Below are positions 1-9,842 of a DNA stretch of 64,000 nucleotides, piece after piece. A program made the translations under genes and the position numbers. The notes beneath the pieces were generated by a model, which was not told where the DNA came from, ran no database searches, and was given only the letters and a program-made list of their open reading frames with translations. Numbering within the stretch: position 1 is the first letter of the stretch; each line of letters starts with the position of its first letter. This DNA is from an uncultured Chloroflexia bacterium (GTDB lineage Bacteria > Chloroflexota > Limnocylindria > Limnocylindrales > CSP1-4), in the NCBI GenBank assembly GCA_963819655.1, contig CAWFXA010000003.1, positions 704,001-768,000 on the forward strand. The letters are read 5' to 3'.

Positions 1-1233
1 TTCGGGTCGCTGGTCACCCGGATCGCCCTGCCGCTCGTCGCGATCCTGACGCTCGGCGCAGGCCCGATCGAGGTCGCCGTCCTGCGCAGCATGGATGTCG
101 CGGCGGCCCTCGTGGTCGGCCTGGTGGCAGGCGCATGGGTCGATCGACTGCGGCGCCGGCCGGTCCTCATCTGGGCCGACCTCGGACGGGCGGTCCTGCT
201 TGGCTCGATCCCGATCTCGTTCGTGCTCGGGACGCTCGCGCTGTGGCAGCTCGTGGTGGTCGCGGCGATGGCCGCCGTGCTCACCACGTTCTTCGACGCG
301 GCCGATAACGCGTACCTGCCGACCATCGTCGCGCGAGAGCGGCTGGTCGAGGCGAACAGCGCCCTTGCGGCGAGCGGCTCGGTGGCCGAGTTCGCAGGCT
401 TCGGCATCAGCGGGTTCCTCGTCCAATTGATGACCGGCCCGATCACGATCGTGATCAACGCCGTCACGTACCTCATCTCCGCCGTGCTGCTGCTCTCGGT
501 CCGGCGACCGGAGGCACCACCACCGCCTCGCTCCGAGCGGGAACCCGTCCTCGACGAGATCCGCCACGGGCTGCGACTCGTGCGTGGCGACCCCGTGCTC
601 CGGGCCTTCGTCGGGGCACAGATGTTGATGTCGATGCTGTGGGGCGTCTTCGGTGCGACCTGGTTCCTATTCGCCCTCGATGACCTCGGTGTCAGTCCGG
701 CGCTGATCGGCGTCATCGCGGGAGCCGGTGGCGCGTCGTCGTTCATCGGGGCGCTGGTGGCGACGCGATCGACACGACGATGGGGCGTCGGTCCGGTCGC
801 CATCGCCGCGATGTTGCTGGCGGCCGCGGGCAACCTGCTGATCCCGCTCGCACCTGCAGGCATGCCGCTTGTCGCGGTCGCGTTCCTGCTCGGGCAGCAG
901 CTCGTCGCCGACTCGGCCATCACCGTCTACGACGTGACCGAGACGTCCGTTCGCCAGTCGCTCGTCGCCGATCGCGAGCTCGGCCGCGTCACCTCGACAT
1001 TCCAGGTCGCGTCGGCCGGCGCCCAGCTGGCGGCGACGATCGCGGCCGGGCTGCTAGCCGAGGTCATCGGGCTGCGCCTGACGTCGTTCCTCGCACCGCT
1101 CGGTGGCCTGCTCGCCGCCGCGATCCTGTTCTGGTCGCCCGTCCGCTATCTCCGCGAGTTGCCAGTCATGGACGATCGACGTCCCGCCAAAGTCGTCGTC
1201 GACGTCGAACGCGATCAGCCGCCGGGCGCCTGA
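1..1233 (+). CDS. MFS transporter, 5'-truncated by window edge
   Basis: Frame open from base 1; multiple TM helices; MFS motif A-like GAWVDRLRRRPVLI. Confidence 0.9.
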   Translation, partial: FGSLVTRIALPLVAILTLGAGPIEVAVLRSMDVAAALVVGLVAGAWVDRLRRRPVLIWADLGRAVLLGSIPISFVLGTLALWQLVVVAAMAAVLTTFFDAADNAYLPTIVARERLVEANSALAASGSVAEFAGFGISGFLVQLMTGPITIVINAVTYLISAVLLLSVRRPEAPPPPRSEREPVLDEIRHGLRLVRGDPVLRAFVGAQMLMSMLWGVFGATWFLFALDDLGVSPALIGVIAGAGGASSFIGALVATRSTRRWGVGPVAIAAMLLAAAGNLLIPLAPAGMPLVAVAFLLGQQLVADSAITVYDVTETSVRQSLVADRELGRVTSTFQVASAGAQLAATIAAGLLAEVIGLRLTSFLAPLGGLLAAAILFWSPVRYLRELPVMDDRRPAKVVVDVERDQPPGA

Positions 1234-1691
1234 GCCAGGAAGTCCGCAGCGGCTGCTCGCAGATCGGACTCAGACACGAACTCATGTACGTCGAGGAACC
1301 CTTCCGCCGTTTGCCCGAGATCACTGAGCGCGTCCGCGTAGTCGGTATCGACCCACAGACTCCACAGAGTCGCCGCCGCCGACTTCGGGTCCTGTCGTCC
1401 GTCCAAGAGCTCCGCCGCGACCGATCCCGCATACCGAACAGCGGCCTCTTCGAACGTCATGGCGCCGAGACCGAGAGCGGCAAGAGCACGGTCGAGGTCG
1501 TTCTCGAGTTCCCGATCATCCACTCGATCATCACCGGCAACGATGGCAACTTCGGGAAGGTCGATACCCTCGAGGAGCAACCCGACTGCTGCCTCAACCA
1601 CCTCCGTCGATGCACGCACTCGTCGAAGGCGAAAGCGAGCCTCCGCGTCGCGCAATCGATCCAGCCTGGCCGGATCGACGGGCGAGCCCAT
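1215..1691 (-). CDS. Hypothetical acidic helical protein, coupled to ftsY
   Basis: 158 aa, protein-like composition; ATG overlaps ftsY stop (TGATG). Confidence 0.7.
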   Translation of the reverse strand: MGSPVDPARLDRLRDAEARFRLRRVRASTEVVEAAVGLLLEGIDLPEVAIVAGDDRVDDRELENDLDRALAALGLGAMTFEEAAVRYAGSVAAELLDGRQDPKSAAATLWSLWVDTDYADALSDLGQTAEGFLDVHEFVSESDLRAAAADFLAQAPGG

Positions 1692-2800
1692 CAGGCGAAC
1701 AGCGCCTCGACGAAGGCGTCGGGGTCGAACGGCAGGAGGTCGTTGATGCCCTCCCCGACCCCGACGAAACGGACCGGGACCTTGAGCGCGTCCTCGATGG
1801 CGAACACGATCCCGCCCTTGGCGGTCGAGTCGAGCTTGGTCAGCACGATGCCGGTCAGGCCGACCGCCTCGTGGAACGCCTTCGCCTGTGACAGGCCGTT
1901 CTGGCCAGTGGTCGCATCGAGCACGAACAGCGTCTCGGGTTGGGCGTCCGGGAGCCGCTTGTCGATGATCCGGCGGATCTTGGTCAGCTCATCCATGAGG
2001 TTCGACTTCGTGTGGAGCCGGCCGGCGGTGTCGGCGATGACGAGGGTCGCCCCGCGCGCCACGGCCGCGTCGAGCGCGTCGTACACGACAGCGCCGGGAT
2101 CGGCGCCGGGAGCGTGTGCCACGACGGGAACGCCGGCTCGGTCGGCCCAGATCCGAAGCTGATCGATCGCGGCGGCACGGAACGTGTCCGCGGCAGCGAG
2201 GATGATCGACTGCCCCTCCTCGAGATAGCGCGCGGCGAGCTTGCCGATCGTCGTCGTCTTGCCGGTGCCATTGACACCGACGACGAGGACCACCGCAGGC
2301 CCGCCGGATGGCGTCGGTCGCGGCGTCCAGTCCAGGTCCCGCTTGACAAGAAGCGCCGCGAGCTCGTCGCGGATCGCGGCCTCGGGTCCATCGGGGTGCC
2401 GGCGACTGCGCGCCCGCTCCACGAGGTCCATCGCCAGCGCCGCGCCCACGTCGCCCGCGATGAGCGTCTCCTCGACGTCGTCCCAGGCCGGACCGTCGAC
2501 GCCGCCGAGATAGCCGCGGAGCTGGGTCATGAACGTGCCGCGCGTCCGCTCCAGGCCCTGATCGAGCGTGTGCGCGGGGGCGACCGCGAGGAACGCGGTC
2601 GGGTCGAATGCAGCGTAGCCCGGTTCTGGCTCGGGTTCCGCGGGCGTCTGTTCTGGGGCGGACGCGGGCTGTTCTGGGGCGGGCCCCTCGAGATCGACCG
2701 GTTCAGGCGGGGCCCCGTCCTCCACCGGAACCTGCTCCCCGGGCTGTACCTGCTCCCCGGGCTGTGCCGAGTCCTCGGAACGCCGGCGCCAGAACGGCAT
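1691..2800 (-). CDS. ftsY: SRP receptor FtsY
   Basis: GVNGTGKTTT, DTFRAAA, DTAGR, TKLDSTAKGG. Confidence 0.97.
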   Translation of the reverse strand: MPFWRRRSEDSAQPGEQVQPGEQVPVEDGAPPEPVDLEGPAPEQPASAPEQTPAEPEPEPGYAAFDPTAFLAVAPAHTLDQGLERTRGTFMTQLRGYLGGVDGPAWDDVEETLIAGDVGAALAMDLVERARSRRHPDGPEAAIRDELAALLVKRDLDWTPRPTPSGGPAVVLVVGVNGTGKTTTIGKLAARYLEEGQSIILAAADTFRAAAIDQLRIWADRAGVPVVAHAPGADPGAVVYDALDAAVARGATLVIADTAGRLHTKSNLMDELTKIRRIIDKRLPDAQPETLFVLDATTGQNGLSQAKAFHEAVGLTGIVLTKLDSTAKGGIVFAIEDALKVPVRFVGVGEGINDLLPFDPDAFVEALFA

Positions 2801-5800
2801 CAGCCCGCCGCGCTGAGCTCGCGGCGCTCGGACGCGAGGGCCTGGGCCTCATCGAGTCGCAGGCTGATCACGCGCGACACCGAGTCGTCGCCGACCGTGA
2901 CGCCGTACAGCGCATCGGCCGCCTCGATCGTGCCGCGGTTATGGGTGATGACGATGAACTGGGTCCGATCGGCCAGGCTCCGAAGCGCCTCGGCGAACCG
3001 GCCGATGTTCGCCTCATCGAGCGCCGCATCGACCTCGTCGAGCACGCAGAACGGCACGGGTCGCACCTCGAGCATCGCGAACAGGAGCGCCACGGCCGTC
3101 AGGGCACGCTCCCCGCCCGAGAGCATCGCCAGGGCCTGCTGCTTCTTGCCCGGCGGGCGGGCCACGATCTCGACACCGGTCGACCCGAGATCGCTCGGGT
3201 CCGTGAGTGACAGCTTCGCGAACCCGCCGTCGAACAATTGCTCGAAGCGCCGCTCGAACGCAGTCTCGAGGGCGGCGAACGTCGTGCGGAACTGGGTCGC
3301 GATCATCGTGTCGAGCTCCACGATCAGCTCGCGCGTGCGACCGATCGCCGATCGCAGGTCGTTGCCCTGGGTCTCGAGCGACTCGAGTCGCGCCTTCAGC
3401 TCGGTGTATTCCTCGACGGCATACGGGTTGGCCGCACCGAGCTCGTGGTAGCGGCGCCGCAGCTGCGCAAGTCGACCGGGAGTCGGCGGCGCGTCAGTGG
3501 GCGCCTCTACGGACCATCTTTCGGAGAGTGCCGTCAACGCCGACTCGAGAGCGGTCGAGTCGTCGGCCTCGCTTTGGGTGGCGGTATCGGCCTCGACCGT
3601 CGCCTCGGGGAGCGCGATCCCGAGGCTCGCGAGTCCGAGCTCGCCGAGGCCCGCCAACTCGATGAGGACGCTGTCACGGAGCGACTCCAACCCGAGCCGG
3701 GCCTCCAGCTCGGCGTGGTCGGCGGCGCGCGCGCGCTCGTCAGCTGCCCGGAGGCGATCGCGGGCGGAGGCAGCAGCCCGTTCCGACTCGGCCAGTCGCG
3801 CGCGATCAGCTGCGTCCGCGGCGTGGAGCGCCAAAAGTGCCTCGCGAGCCTCGCGCTCCCTGGTCGTGGCCGTCGCGATCTCGGTGCTGATGGCGTCCCG
3901 CTCGGACCCGAGGGCATTCTCTCGTTCGACGAGCGCCTCGGCTTCGCGGTCGGCACGGGCGGTGCGCTCCTCCGCGATCGCGACGGCAGCCTCGGCCCTC
4001 GCCCGGGCATGCTCGGCATCCCGGCGCTGGGCGTCGTGACTGGCCGATCGGGCGGCGAGGCGGTCTCGACGCTCGCGGAGCTCGGTCGCGCGTGACTCCC
4101 ACGCGGTCAATGCGGAACGCTCGTCCCCGATCGGCTGGTCGATCGCGGGCTCCCCGTCGGTGAGGGGCTCCGTCGCGACGGACTCGCGAAGCCGCGTGAG
4201 CTCCGCGTCGAGTCGGGCCTGCTGTGCTTCGTGCCAGGCTGCTTCGCGCGCCACCGCTTCACTCTCACGGAGAGCCGCCCGCTCGGCCTCATCGGTCCTC
4301 CGTCGGTCGGCCACCAGCCGCGTCTCCTCCGCACGGGCCTCATCGAGTGCGGCGCGGGCCGTTGCAGCTCGTTGCTCGGCCGCTGCGGCCGTCGTGCGCA
4401 GCTCCGCGAGCTCCGCCTCGGCGCGCTCCAGCTCGGACGACACGCGCGCGTGTTCGGCCCGGCGATCGAGGACCGGGTCGGATGTCCCGAGGGCGAGACC
4501 CGTGTCATCGAGCACGGCTGTGCCATCGCGCGGGACGGCCACCCACCCAGGCGGCATCGAGGATTGGAGCGCGAGGCAGTCGTCCAGGTCGGGGAGCCAT
4601 ACGGCGCGCTCGAGCAGGCGCCGGACGCCCCCGGACCCATCGCGTCGGACGCCGTCGGCCAGCCGCCCGCCACCGGCAGCCGCGACGGCATCGAGCCATC
4701 GGCGGGTGAGTGCATCCGCCGCCGGGCCGTTCCCCGTCAGGCGTTCCTCGACCAGGAGGTGCCCGCGTTCGCCAGCCAGGGCGGCGACCTGCTCGGCGGC
4801 GACAAGATAGGCCCGCACCCGATCCGCCAGCGCCGCTTCGATCGCGCGACGCAGCGCGGGGTCGACTGTCAGGTCCTCGTCGAGACGCCGGCCACCGCGC
4901 TTGCGCGCCGCCCGGGCGATCGGACGGTGCTCGTCCTCGTCCAGATGCGATGCGAGTGCCTCGACCCGCCCCCGCAGCGCAGCGACGCTCGCTGCCGCAC
5001 TCGCCAGTCCCTCGGCCGAGGCCGATCGGTCGGCCTCCGCCGATCCCGACGCGAGGCGCGCGGTCTCGCGCGCGGCCTGGGCATTGCGCTCCGCGCCGGC
5101 GGCGAACTCGAGCGCGCGACGAGCCGCCTCCGTTCGTCCAAGGACCTCGTCGCGTCGGGCGACGGCGGTCGTCGCGGCCGCGTGTTCCTCGGCAGCTCGC
5201 CGTTCCGCCTCCGCGAGCCGACGTGTGGCGGTCTCTGCCTCCGCCGCCCGGATCGCCTCGGCACGCCGGACCGCTGCCGCATCCTCGTCCCGGGCTGCCG
5301 ACGCGGACCGCAGCGTGGCAAGCTCGGCCAGGGCTTCCGCGAGAACCCGATCGGCCTCGGTCACGGCCGCCTCGAGATCGACGTCGCGAGCGGGCACAGG
5401 CGCCGCCATCGCGCGTCGCTGGCCCGCGGCGTCAGACTCGGCAGCCGCGCGTTCGTCCGCCAGCCGGACGCGGTCGCGCTCGATCGCCTCGAGATCCGCG
5501 GCAAGCCGCCCGTCGCGCAACTGGAGCCCGGTCAGGATCGACCGTGCGGTCTCGTTGGTTTCGCGTCGCGCGCGCTCCAGCTCGGCGCGTGCAGACAGCT
5601 CGTCGGCCAGCGACGCGGCCGTCGCCTCGGCCTCCTCGAGCTCGGCCATCGCCCGCTTCGCCTCGGCCTCGGTCGTGGCGCGTCGTTCCGTTGCGACAGC
5701 CAGCCTCGCCGCGGCGTCATGCCAGCGGGCGTGGCTCGAGGCAAGCAGCGCCGCTGCCAGCTCGTCGGCCACCGACGAACGCGTGGTCTGCTGTTCCGCC

Positions 5801-6444
5801 TGGGCCGCCAGGCGACGTGCCTGCGGCCTGAGCTCGGCCAGGATGTCGTCGACCCTGGCGAGGTTCGTCTCCGACTCCGCCAGCTGATCCTCGGCCTTGC
5901 GCCGGCGTCGCTCGTGGCGGCGGACACCGGCGACCTCCTCGAACAGCGGGCGCCGCTCCTCGGGCCGCAGCGCGAGGGCCTGGTCGACCATGCCCTGGCC
6001 GATGAACAGGAACGCGTTGTCGGCGAGGTGCGCCGCGTCGAGGAGGTCGACCAGATCGCGCAGGCGGATGCGCTGCTTGTTGAGCAGGTATTCGTTCTCG
6101 CCACTGCGATACAGGCGCCGGCCGAATTCGAGGACCTGGAAGTCGACGGGCAGCAAGCCGTCAGCGTTGTCCAGGACCAACGTGACGTCGGCCATGCCCT
6201 GGGCTGTCCGCTTCTCCGATCCGGCCCAGATGACGTCTTCCGCCTTGCGCGAGCGGAGCGCGCGACCCTGCTCGCCGAGCGCCCAGCGGAGCGCGTCGGC
6301 CAGGTTGCTCTTGCCCGAGCCGTTCGGTCCGACGACTGCGCTTATGCCGCCGCCGAACTCGACCTTGGTCCGCTCCGCGAACGACTTGAACCCCTGGACA
6401 CGCAACGCGAGAAGGCGTGGCGGTGCGCTCTGCTGCTCGATCAT
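2800..6444 (-). CDS. smc: Chromosome segregation protein SMC
   Basis: GFKSF, GPNGSGKSN, long coiled coil, LSGGE, LDEVDAALD; located between rnc and ftsY. Confidence 0.97.
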   Translation of the reverse strand: MIEQQSAPPRLLALRVQGFKSFAERTKVEFGGGISAVVGPNGSGKSNLADALRWALGEQGRALRSRKAEDVIWAGSEKRTAQGMADVTLVLDNADGLLPVDFQVLEFGRRLYRSGENEYLLNKQRIRLRDLVDLLDAAHLADNAFLFIGQGMVDQALALRPEERRPLFEEVAGVRRHERRRRKAEDQLAESETNLARVDDILAELRPQARRLAAQAEQQTTRSSVADELAAALLASSHARWHDAAARLAVATERRATTEAEAKRAMAELEEAEATAASLADELSARAELERARRETNETARSILTGLQLRDGRLAADLEAIERDRVRLADERAAAESDAAGQRRAMAAPVPARDVDLEAAVTEADRVLAEALAELATLRSASAARDEDAAAVRRAEAIRAAEAETATRRLAEAERRAAEEHAAATTAVARRDEVLGRTEAARRALEFAAGAERNAQAARETARLASGSAEADRSASAEGLASAAASVAALRGRVEALASHLDEDEHRPIARAARKRGGRRLDEDLTVDPALRRAIEAALADRVRAYLVAAEQVAALAGERGHLLVEERLTGNGPAADALTRRWLDAVAAAGGGRLADGVRRDGSGGVRRLLERAVWLPDLDDCLALQSSMPPGWVAVPRDGTAVLDDTGLALGTSDPVLDRRAEHARVSSELERAEAELAELRTTAAAAEQRAATARAALDEARAEETRLVADRRRTDEAERAALRESEAVAREAAWHEAQQARLDAELTRLRESVATEPLTDGEPAIDQPIGDERSALTAWESRATELRERRDRLAARSASHDAQRRDAEHARARAEAAVAIAEERTARADREAEALVERENALGSERDAISTEIATATTREREAREALLALHAADAADRARLAESERAAASARDRLRAADERARAADHAELEARLGLESLRDSVLIELAGLGELGLASLGIALPEATVEADTATQSEADDSTALESALTALSERWSVEAPTDAPPTPGRLAQLRRRYHELGAANPYAVEEYTELKARLESLETQGNDLRSAIGRTRELIVELDTMIATQFRTTFAALETAFERRFEQLFDGGFAKLSLTDPSDLGSTGVEIVARPPGKKQQALAMLSGGERALTAVALLFAMLEVRPVPFCVLDEVDAALDEANIGRFAEALRSLADRTQFIVITHNRGTIEAADALYGVTVGDDSVSRVISLRLDEAQALASERRELSAAG

Positions 6445-7226
6445 GCCGGTCGCCGCTGACGCTCGCGTCGGTCGGCACGGCGGGATCGGCGGCCCGCGTC
6501 GGGTCGGGTCGCGCGCCCTGCCCGTTCGGCGGCTCGCTCGGCACGGATCCGCTCGATGGCCTGGGCGGCGGCCGACGTCTCGGCCGTCCGACGGGACGGT
6601 CCCTCGCCGGCACCGAGGATCTCGCCCTCGATCCAGACCTCGACGCGGAACGACTTCTCGTGGTCGGGACCGGATGCCTCGACGAGCCTGTAATCGGGGC
6701 GTTCGCCGGATCGCCGTTGTGTGTATTCCTGCAAGCGTGACTTCGGGCTCTTGAGCGAGAGGACCGGCTCCTCGAGAGACAGCTCGGGGTCCGCGAGGTC
6801 CTGCAGCCAGCGATGCACCAGCTCGTAGCCGAGGTCGAGGTACAGGGCCCCGGTCAGAGCCTCGAACGAGGAGGCGAGCAATGAGGGTCGGCGACGCCCG
6901 CTGCGCTGCGACTCTCCCTCGCCCAGCAACAGGTACTTGCCGAGCTCGATGCGACCGGCGAGCCGGGCAAGCCCGGACGTCGATACGATGGCGGCACGGC
7001 GCGCCGACAGGGCCCCCTCGTCTTCGTCCGGGTGGCGCGCATAGAGCGCCTCCGAGATGGTCAGGTTCACGACGGCATCACCGAGGAACTCGAGCCGTTC
7101 GTTGTGGCCGCGCGCGGCATCCGGGTGCTCATGGAGCCACGATGAGTGGACGAGGGCCTGCTCCAGCAGATCGAGGTCGCGAACCGGGAGCCCGAGGCGT
7201 TCGGCGACGTCCTGACCGGGACGCAC
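6441..7226 (-). CDS. rnc: Ribonuclease III
   Basis: HNERLEFLGDAV signature plus dsRBD. Confidence 0.97.
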   Translation of the reverse strand: MRPGQDVAERLGLPVRDLDLLEQALVHSSWLHEHPDAARGHNERLEFLGDAVVNLTISEALYARHPDEDEGALSARRAAIVSTSGLARLAGRIELGKYLLLGEGESQRSGRRRPSLLASSFEALTGALYLDLGYELVHRWLQDLADPELSLEEPVLSLKSPKSRLQEYTQRRSGERPDYRLVEASGPDHEKSFRVEVWIEGEILGAGEGPSRRTAETSAAAQAIERIRAERAAERAGRATRPDAGRRSRRADRRERQRRPA

Positions 7227-7245
7227 CTCGGACGTGGCCGACCGG

Positions 7246-7482
7246 TTAGGAAGAGTGCTCGTCGATGTAGTCGACGGCGTCCTGGACGGTCCGGATCTTC
7301 TCCGCGTCCTCGTCCGAGATCTCCGTCCCGAACTCCTCTTCCAGGCTCATGATCAACTCGACGAGGTCCAGCGAGTCGGCGTTGAGGTCGTCGACGAACG
7401 AGGCCTCGGGCTTGACCTCATCCTCGTCGGCGCCGAGCTGCTCGACGACGATCTTCTTGAGCCGGTCGTACGTTGTGGCCAC
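7246..7482 (-). CDS. acpP: Acyl carrier protein
   Basis: [12 protein letters not shown] motif; GAGGAGGG upstream of GTG. Confidence 0.97.
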   Translation of the reverse strand: MATTYDRLKKIVVEQLGADEDEVKPEASFVDDLNADSLDLVELIMSLEEEFGTEISDEDAEKIRTVQDAVDYIDEHSS

Positions 7483-7918
7483 TGACTCCCTCCTCGGAGC
7501 TGGGTGCTGGGGAGATCGTCCCGAGAACGCCGTTCATGAGGCGTCGCATCGGCTCTCCGCTGTAGACGCGTGCCAGCTCGACCCACTCGGCGATGGCCAC
7601 CCGGGCCGGCGTGGCGGAGTGTAGCACCTCACCGATGGCGGTTCGGAGCAGCGCGCGGTCCATCTTGGCGAGGCCGGTGACCGGATAGCGGGGTGCGACG
7701 CGGGTGATCGCGGCGTCGATGTCGGCTCGGTCGCGGGTCACGGCCGCGACCAGCTCGCGGGCGAGCGCCGCGGCCAATTCGTCGCGCTCGGTCTCGGCCA
7801 GGTGACGCTCCAGGATGGCGTCGGCGGTGCGTTGCCCGAAGTCGGCCTCGAAGATGGCCGCCAGCGCGAGTCGTCGTCCCGTGCGACGTCCGCGCTGCTT
7901 GTCAGCCTCCGACGCCAT
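7418..7918 (-). CDS. nusB: Transcription antitermination factor NusB
   Basis: [35 protein letters not shown]. Confidence 0.9.
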   Translation of the reverse strand: MASEADKQRGRRTGRRLALAAIFEADFGQRTADAILERHLAETERDELAAALARELVAAVTRDRADIDAAITRVAPRYPVTGLAKMDRALLRTAIGEVLHSATPARVAIAEWVELARVYSGEPMRRLMNGVLGTISPAPSSEEGVSGHNVRPAQEDRRRAARRRRG

Positions 7919-8216
7919 CGACGATGACCGTCACGGCCCCGAGGTCGAGCCCGAGCAGGCGTTCGATGGTCGCGGCCACGGCTGTCCGGACCTCGGCCGC
8001 CAGCGGTCCGAGCGTGTGACCGGGGCGGGCGACGATCCGCAGGCGAACGAGCACGCGATCGTTGACGACCCGGACGCGGACGGCGGGTCCGGCCAGCCAG
8101 CCGCGCCAAGACGGACCGCCGTACCCGACGCGGGCCACGCCGGGGACCTCGAATGCCGCTGTCTTGACGAGCTCGGCGATGACACCCTTGCCGACCGTGA
8201 GGACGGGACCGCTCAT
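7902..8216 (-). CDS. Asp23/Gls24 family protein
   Basis: VIAELVKTAAFEVPGV...VTVIVDGV; ATG 8216 overlaps plsX stop; typical nusB neighbour. Confidence 0.85.
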   Translation of the reverse strand: MSGPVLTVGKGVIAELVKTAAFEVPGVARVGYGGPSWRGWLAGPAVRVRVVNDRVLVRLRIVARPGHTLGPLAAEVRTAVAATIERLLGLDLGAVTVIVDGVGG

Positions 8217-9247
8217 GTCGTCACCTCCTCGATCGCGGGCGAAATGGCCGCCAGCAGCGCGTTGTCCTCGGCGAGGGCCTCGGCGATGAGGTCGGGGACG
8301 CGTGCGCTGGCGGTCTTGGCGGCCACCTCGCAGGCGAACCCGATCATCCGCCGCGTGGCCCGCCCGTGCGTGATGATGACCGTCCCCTTGACGCCGAGCA
8401 ACGGGGAGCCGCCCTGCGTCTCGTAGTCGAACACCTCGCGGATGCGGCCGATGCCGGGGCGCATGAGGAGATACGCGAGCCTTCCTCGCCAGGTCCGCCG
8501 GAACTCGGTCCGCCACAGGTCGAAGATGTAGGTCGATAGGCCTTCGAAGAACTTGATGACCACGTTGCCGGCGACCGCGTCGGTGACGACCACATCGGCG
8601 AGGTGCTTGGCCAGGTCGCCACCCTCCACGTTGCCGACGAAGCGGAGCGTGGACGCGTCGAGCAGCACCGTCGCGCGCTGGATGCGGGCGTCGCCCTTGC
8701 CCTTCTCCTCGCCGATGCTCAGCAATGCGACGCGCGGGTCGGCCACGCCTAGGACGCGCTCGGCGAAGATCGCGCCCATCCGGGCGTACTGCGCGAGGTT
8801 CTCCGGGGTCGAGTCCGGGTTCGCCCCGATGTCGATGAGCACGAGCGGACCGGCCTCGGTGATCATCTGGACCGCCAGCCCGGGTCGCTCGACGCCCGGC
8901 AGCCGGCCGAGCTTGAGGATGCCGGCGGCCATACCCGCCCCGGTGTGGCCCGCCGTCACGACAGCATCGGCCTTGCCGTCGCGGACGAGCTGCGTCGCGA
9001 CCAGGATCGACGAATCCTTCTTGTCGCGCAGCGCGCGAGCAGGATGCTCGTCCATACCGATCACGGATCCCGCATGCACGATGCGGACGTTGGGGGGCAG
9101 TGACCCGGCGATCGCCTGGATGGTGTCGGTCAGACCGACGAGGATCAGCTCGACCGTCGGATTGCGGCGCGCGTAGTCGAGGACTCCCGGGACGACCTCG
9201 GTCGGTCCGTGGTCGCCGCCCATCGCGTCGAACGCGATGCGGACCAC
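8213..9247 (-). CDS. plsX: Phosphate acyltransferase PlsX
   Basis: RIAFDAMGGDHGP, GHTGA, IGEEKGKG, FVGNVEG. Confidence 0.96.
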   Translation of the reverse strand: MVRIAFDAMGGDHGPTEVVPGVLDYARRNPTVELILVGLTDTIQAIAGSLPPNVRIVHAGSVIGMDEHPARALRDKKDSSILVATQLVRDGKADAVVTAGHTGAGMAAGILKLGRLPGVERPGLAVQMITEAGPLVLIDIGANPDSTPENLAQYARMGAIFAERVLGVADPRVALLSIGEEKGKGDARIQRATVLLDASTLRFVGNVEGGDLAKHLADVVVTDAVAGNVVIKFFEGLSTYIFDLWRTEFRRTWRGRLAYLLMRPGIGRIREVFDYETQGGSPLLGVKGTVIITHGRATRRMIGFACEVAAKTASARVPDLIAEALAEDNALLAAISPAIEEVTT

Positions 9248-9251
9248 GGAA

Positions 9252-9461
9252 TCAGCGCGCGGAGTCGTCGCTGCCGGTGCTGACCGGCTTCGGGGGAACG
9301 GCCAGACGGCCCTGGTAGTAGCCGCAATTCGGGCAGACGCGATGCGGCAGCTTCATCTCGTGGCAGTGCGGACACTCCTCGAGCTTGGGCAGGTCGATCG
9401 CGAGATGCGAGCGGCGCTCGCCCTGGCGGGCATGCGAGACGCGTCGCTTCGGTACACCCAT
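9252..9461 (-). CDS. rpmF: 50S ribosomal protein L32 (Zn-ribbon type)
   Basis: MGVPKRRVS, CPHC...HRVCPNCGYY. Confidence 0.97.
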   Translation of the reverse strand: MGVPKRRVSHARQGERRSHLAIDLPKLEECPHCHEMKLPHRVCPNCGYYQGRLAVPPKPVSTGSDDSAR

Positions 9462-9842
9462 GGGGTCGTTGGGCTCCTTGTGTCGTTCGTGGTGCGCGGT
9501 CGCGGGACGGCGCTCGGGGTACGAGCGCGGTCGGCGCCGACGGCGGAGTCTACCGCGAAACCTCGATCACCGTCACGGTCCGCGTTCGTCGCACGGGCCC
9601 ACCTTACGCTCGCCGTTCGTCGCCCAGCGGTGCTATCGACGAACGAGCACTCGCCCCTTCGTCAGCCGCACCGCGCTGCGCTGAGGCCGACGGCCGAGGC
9701 CAGCCTCCTCCGCCGACCTCATCGCTCAGCGAGGGACCGACCGACGTGCTTCGTCAGCAGCACCGCTCAGCGGTGACAGTTATGCAGTGGGACGTGATTC
9801 TCGCGGCCCGGCGCGTGATGCTCTCCGCTATCCAAGAAGCCC

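Noticed and set aside
2645-2766. Tandem repeats in the 5' part of ftsY
   Set aside because: In-frame QPGEQV and APEQ repeats in the normally variable acidic N-terminal region.
9640-9780. Hammerhead ribozyme (CTGACGA twice on the minus strand) or CRISPR array
   Set aside because: No GAAA core after a stem II; repeats are few, degenerate and irregularly spaced; no cas genes.
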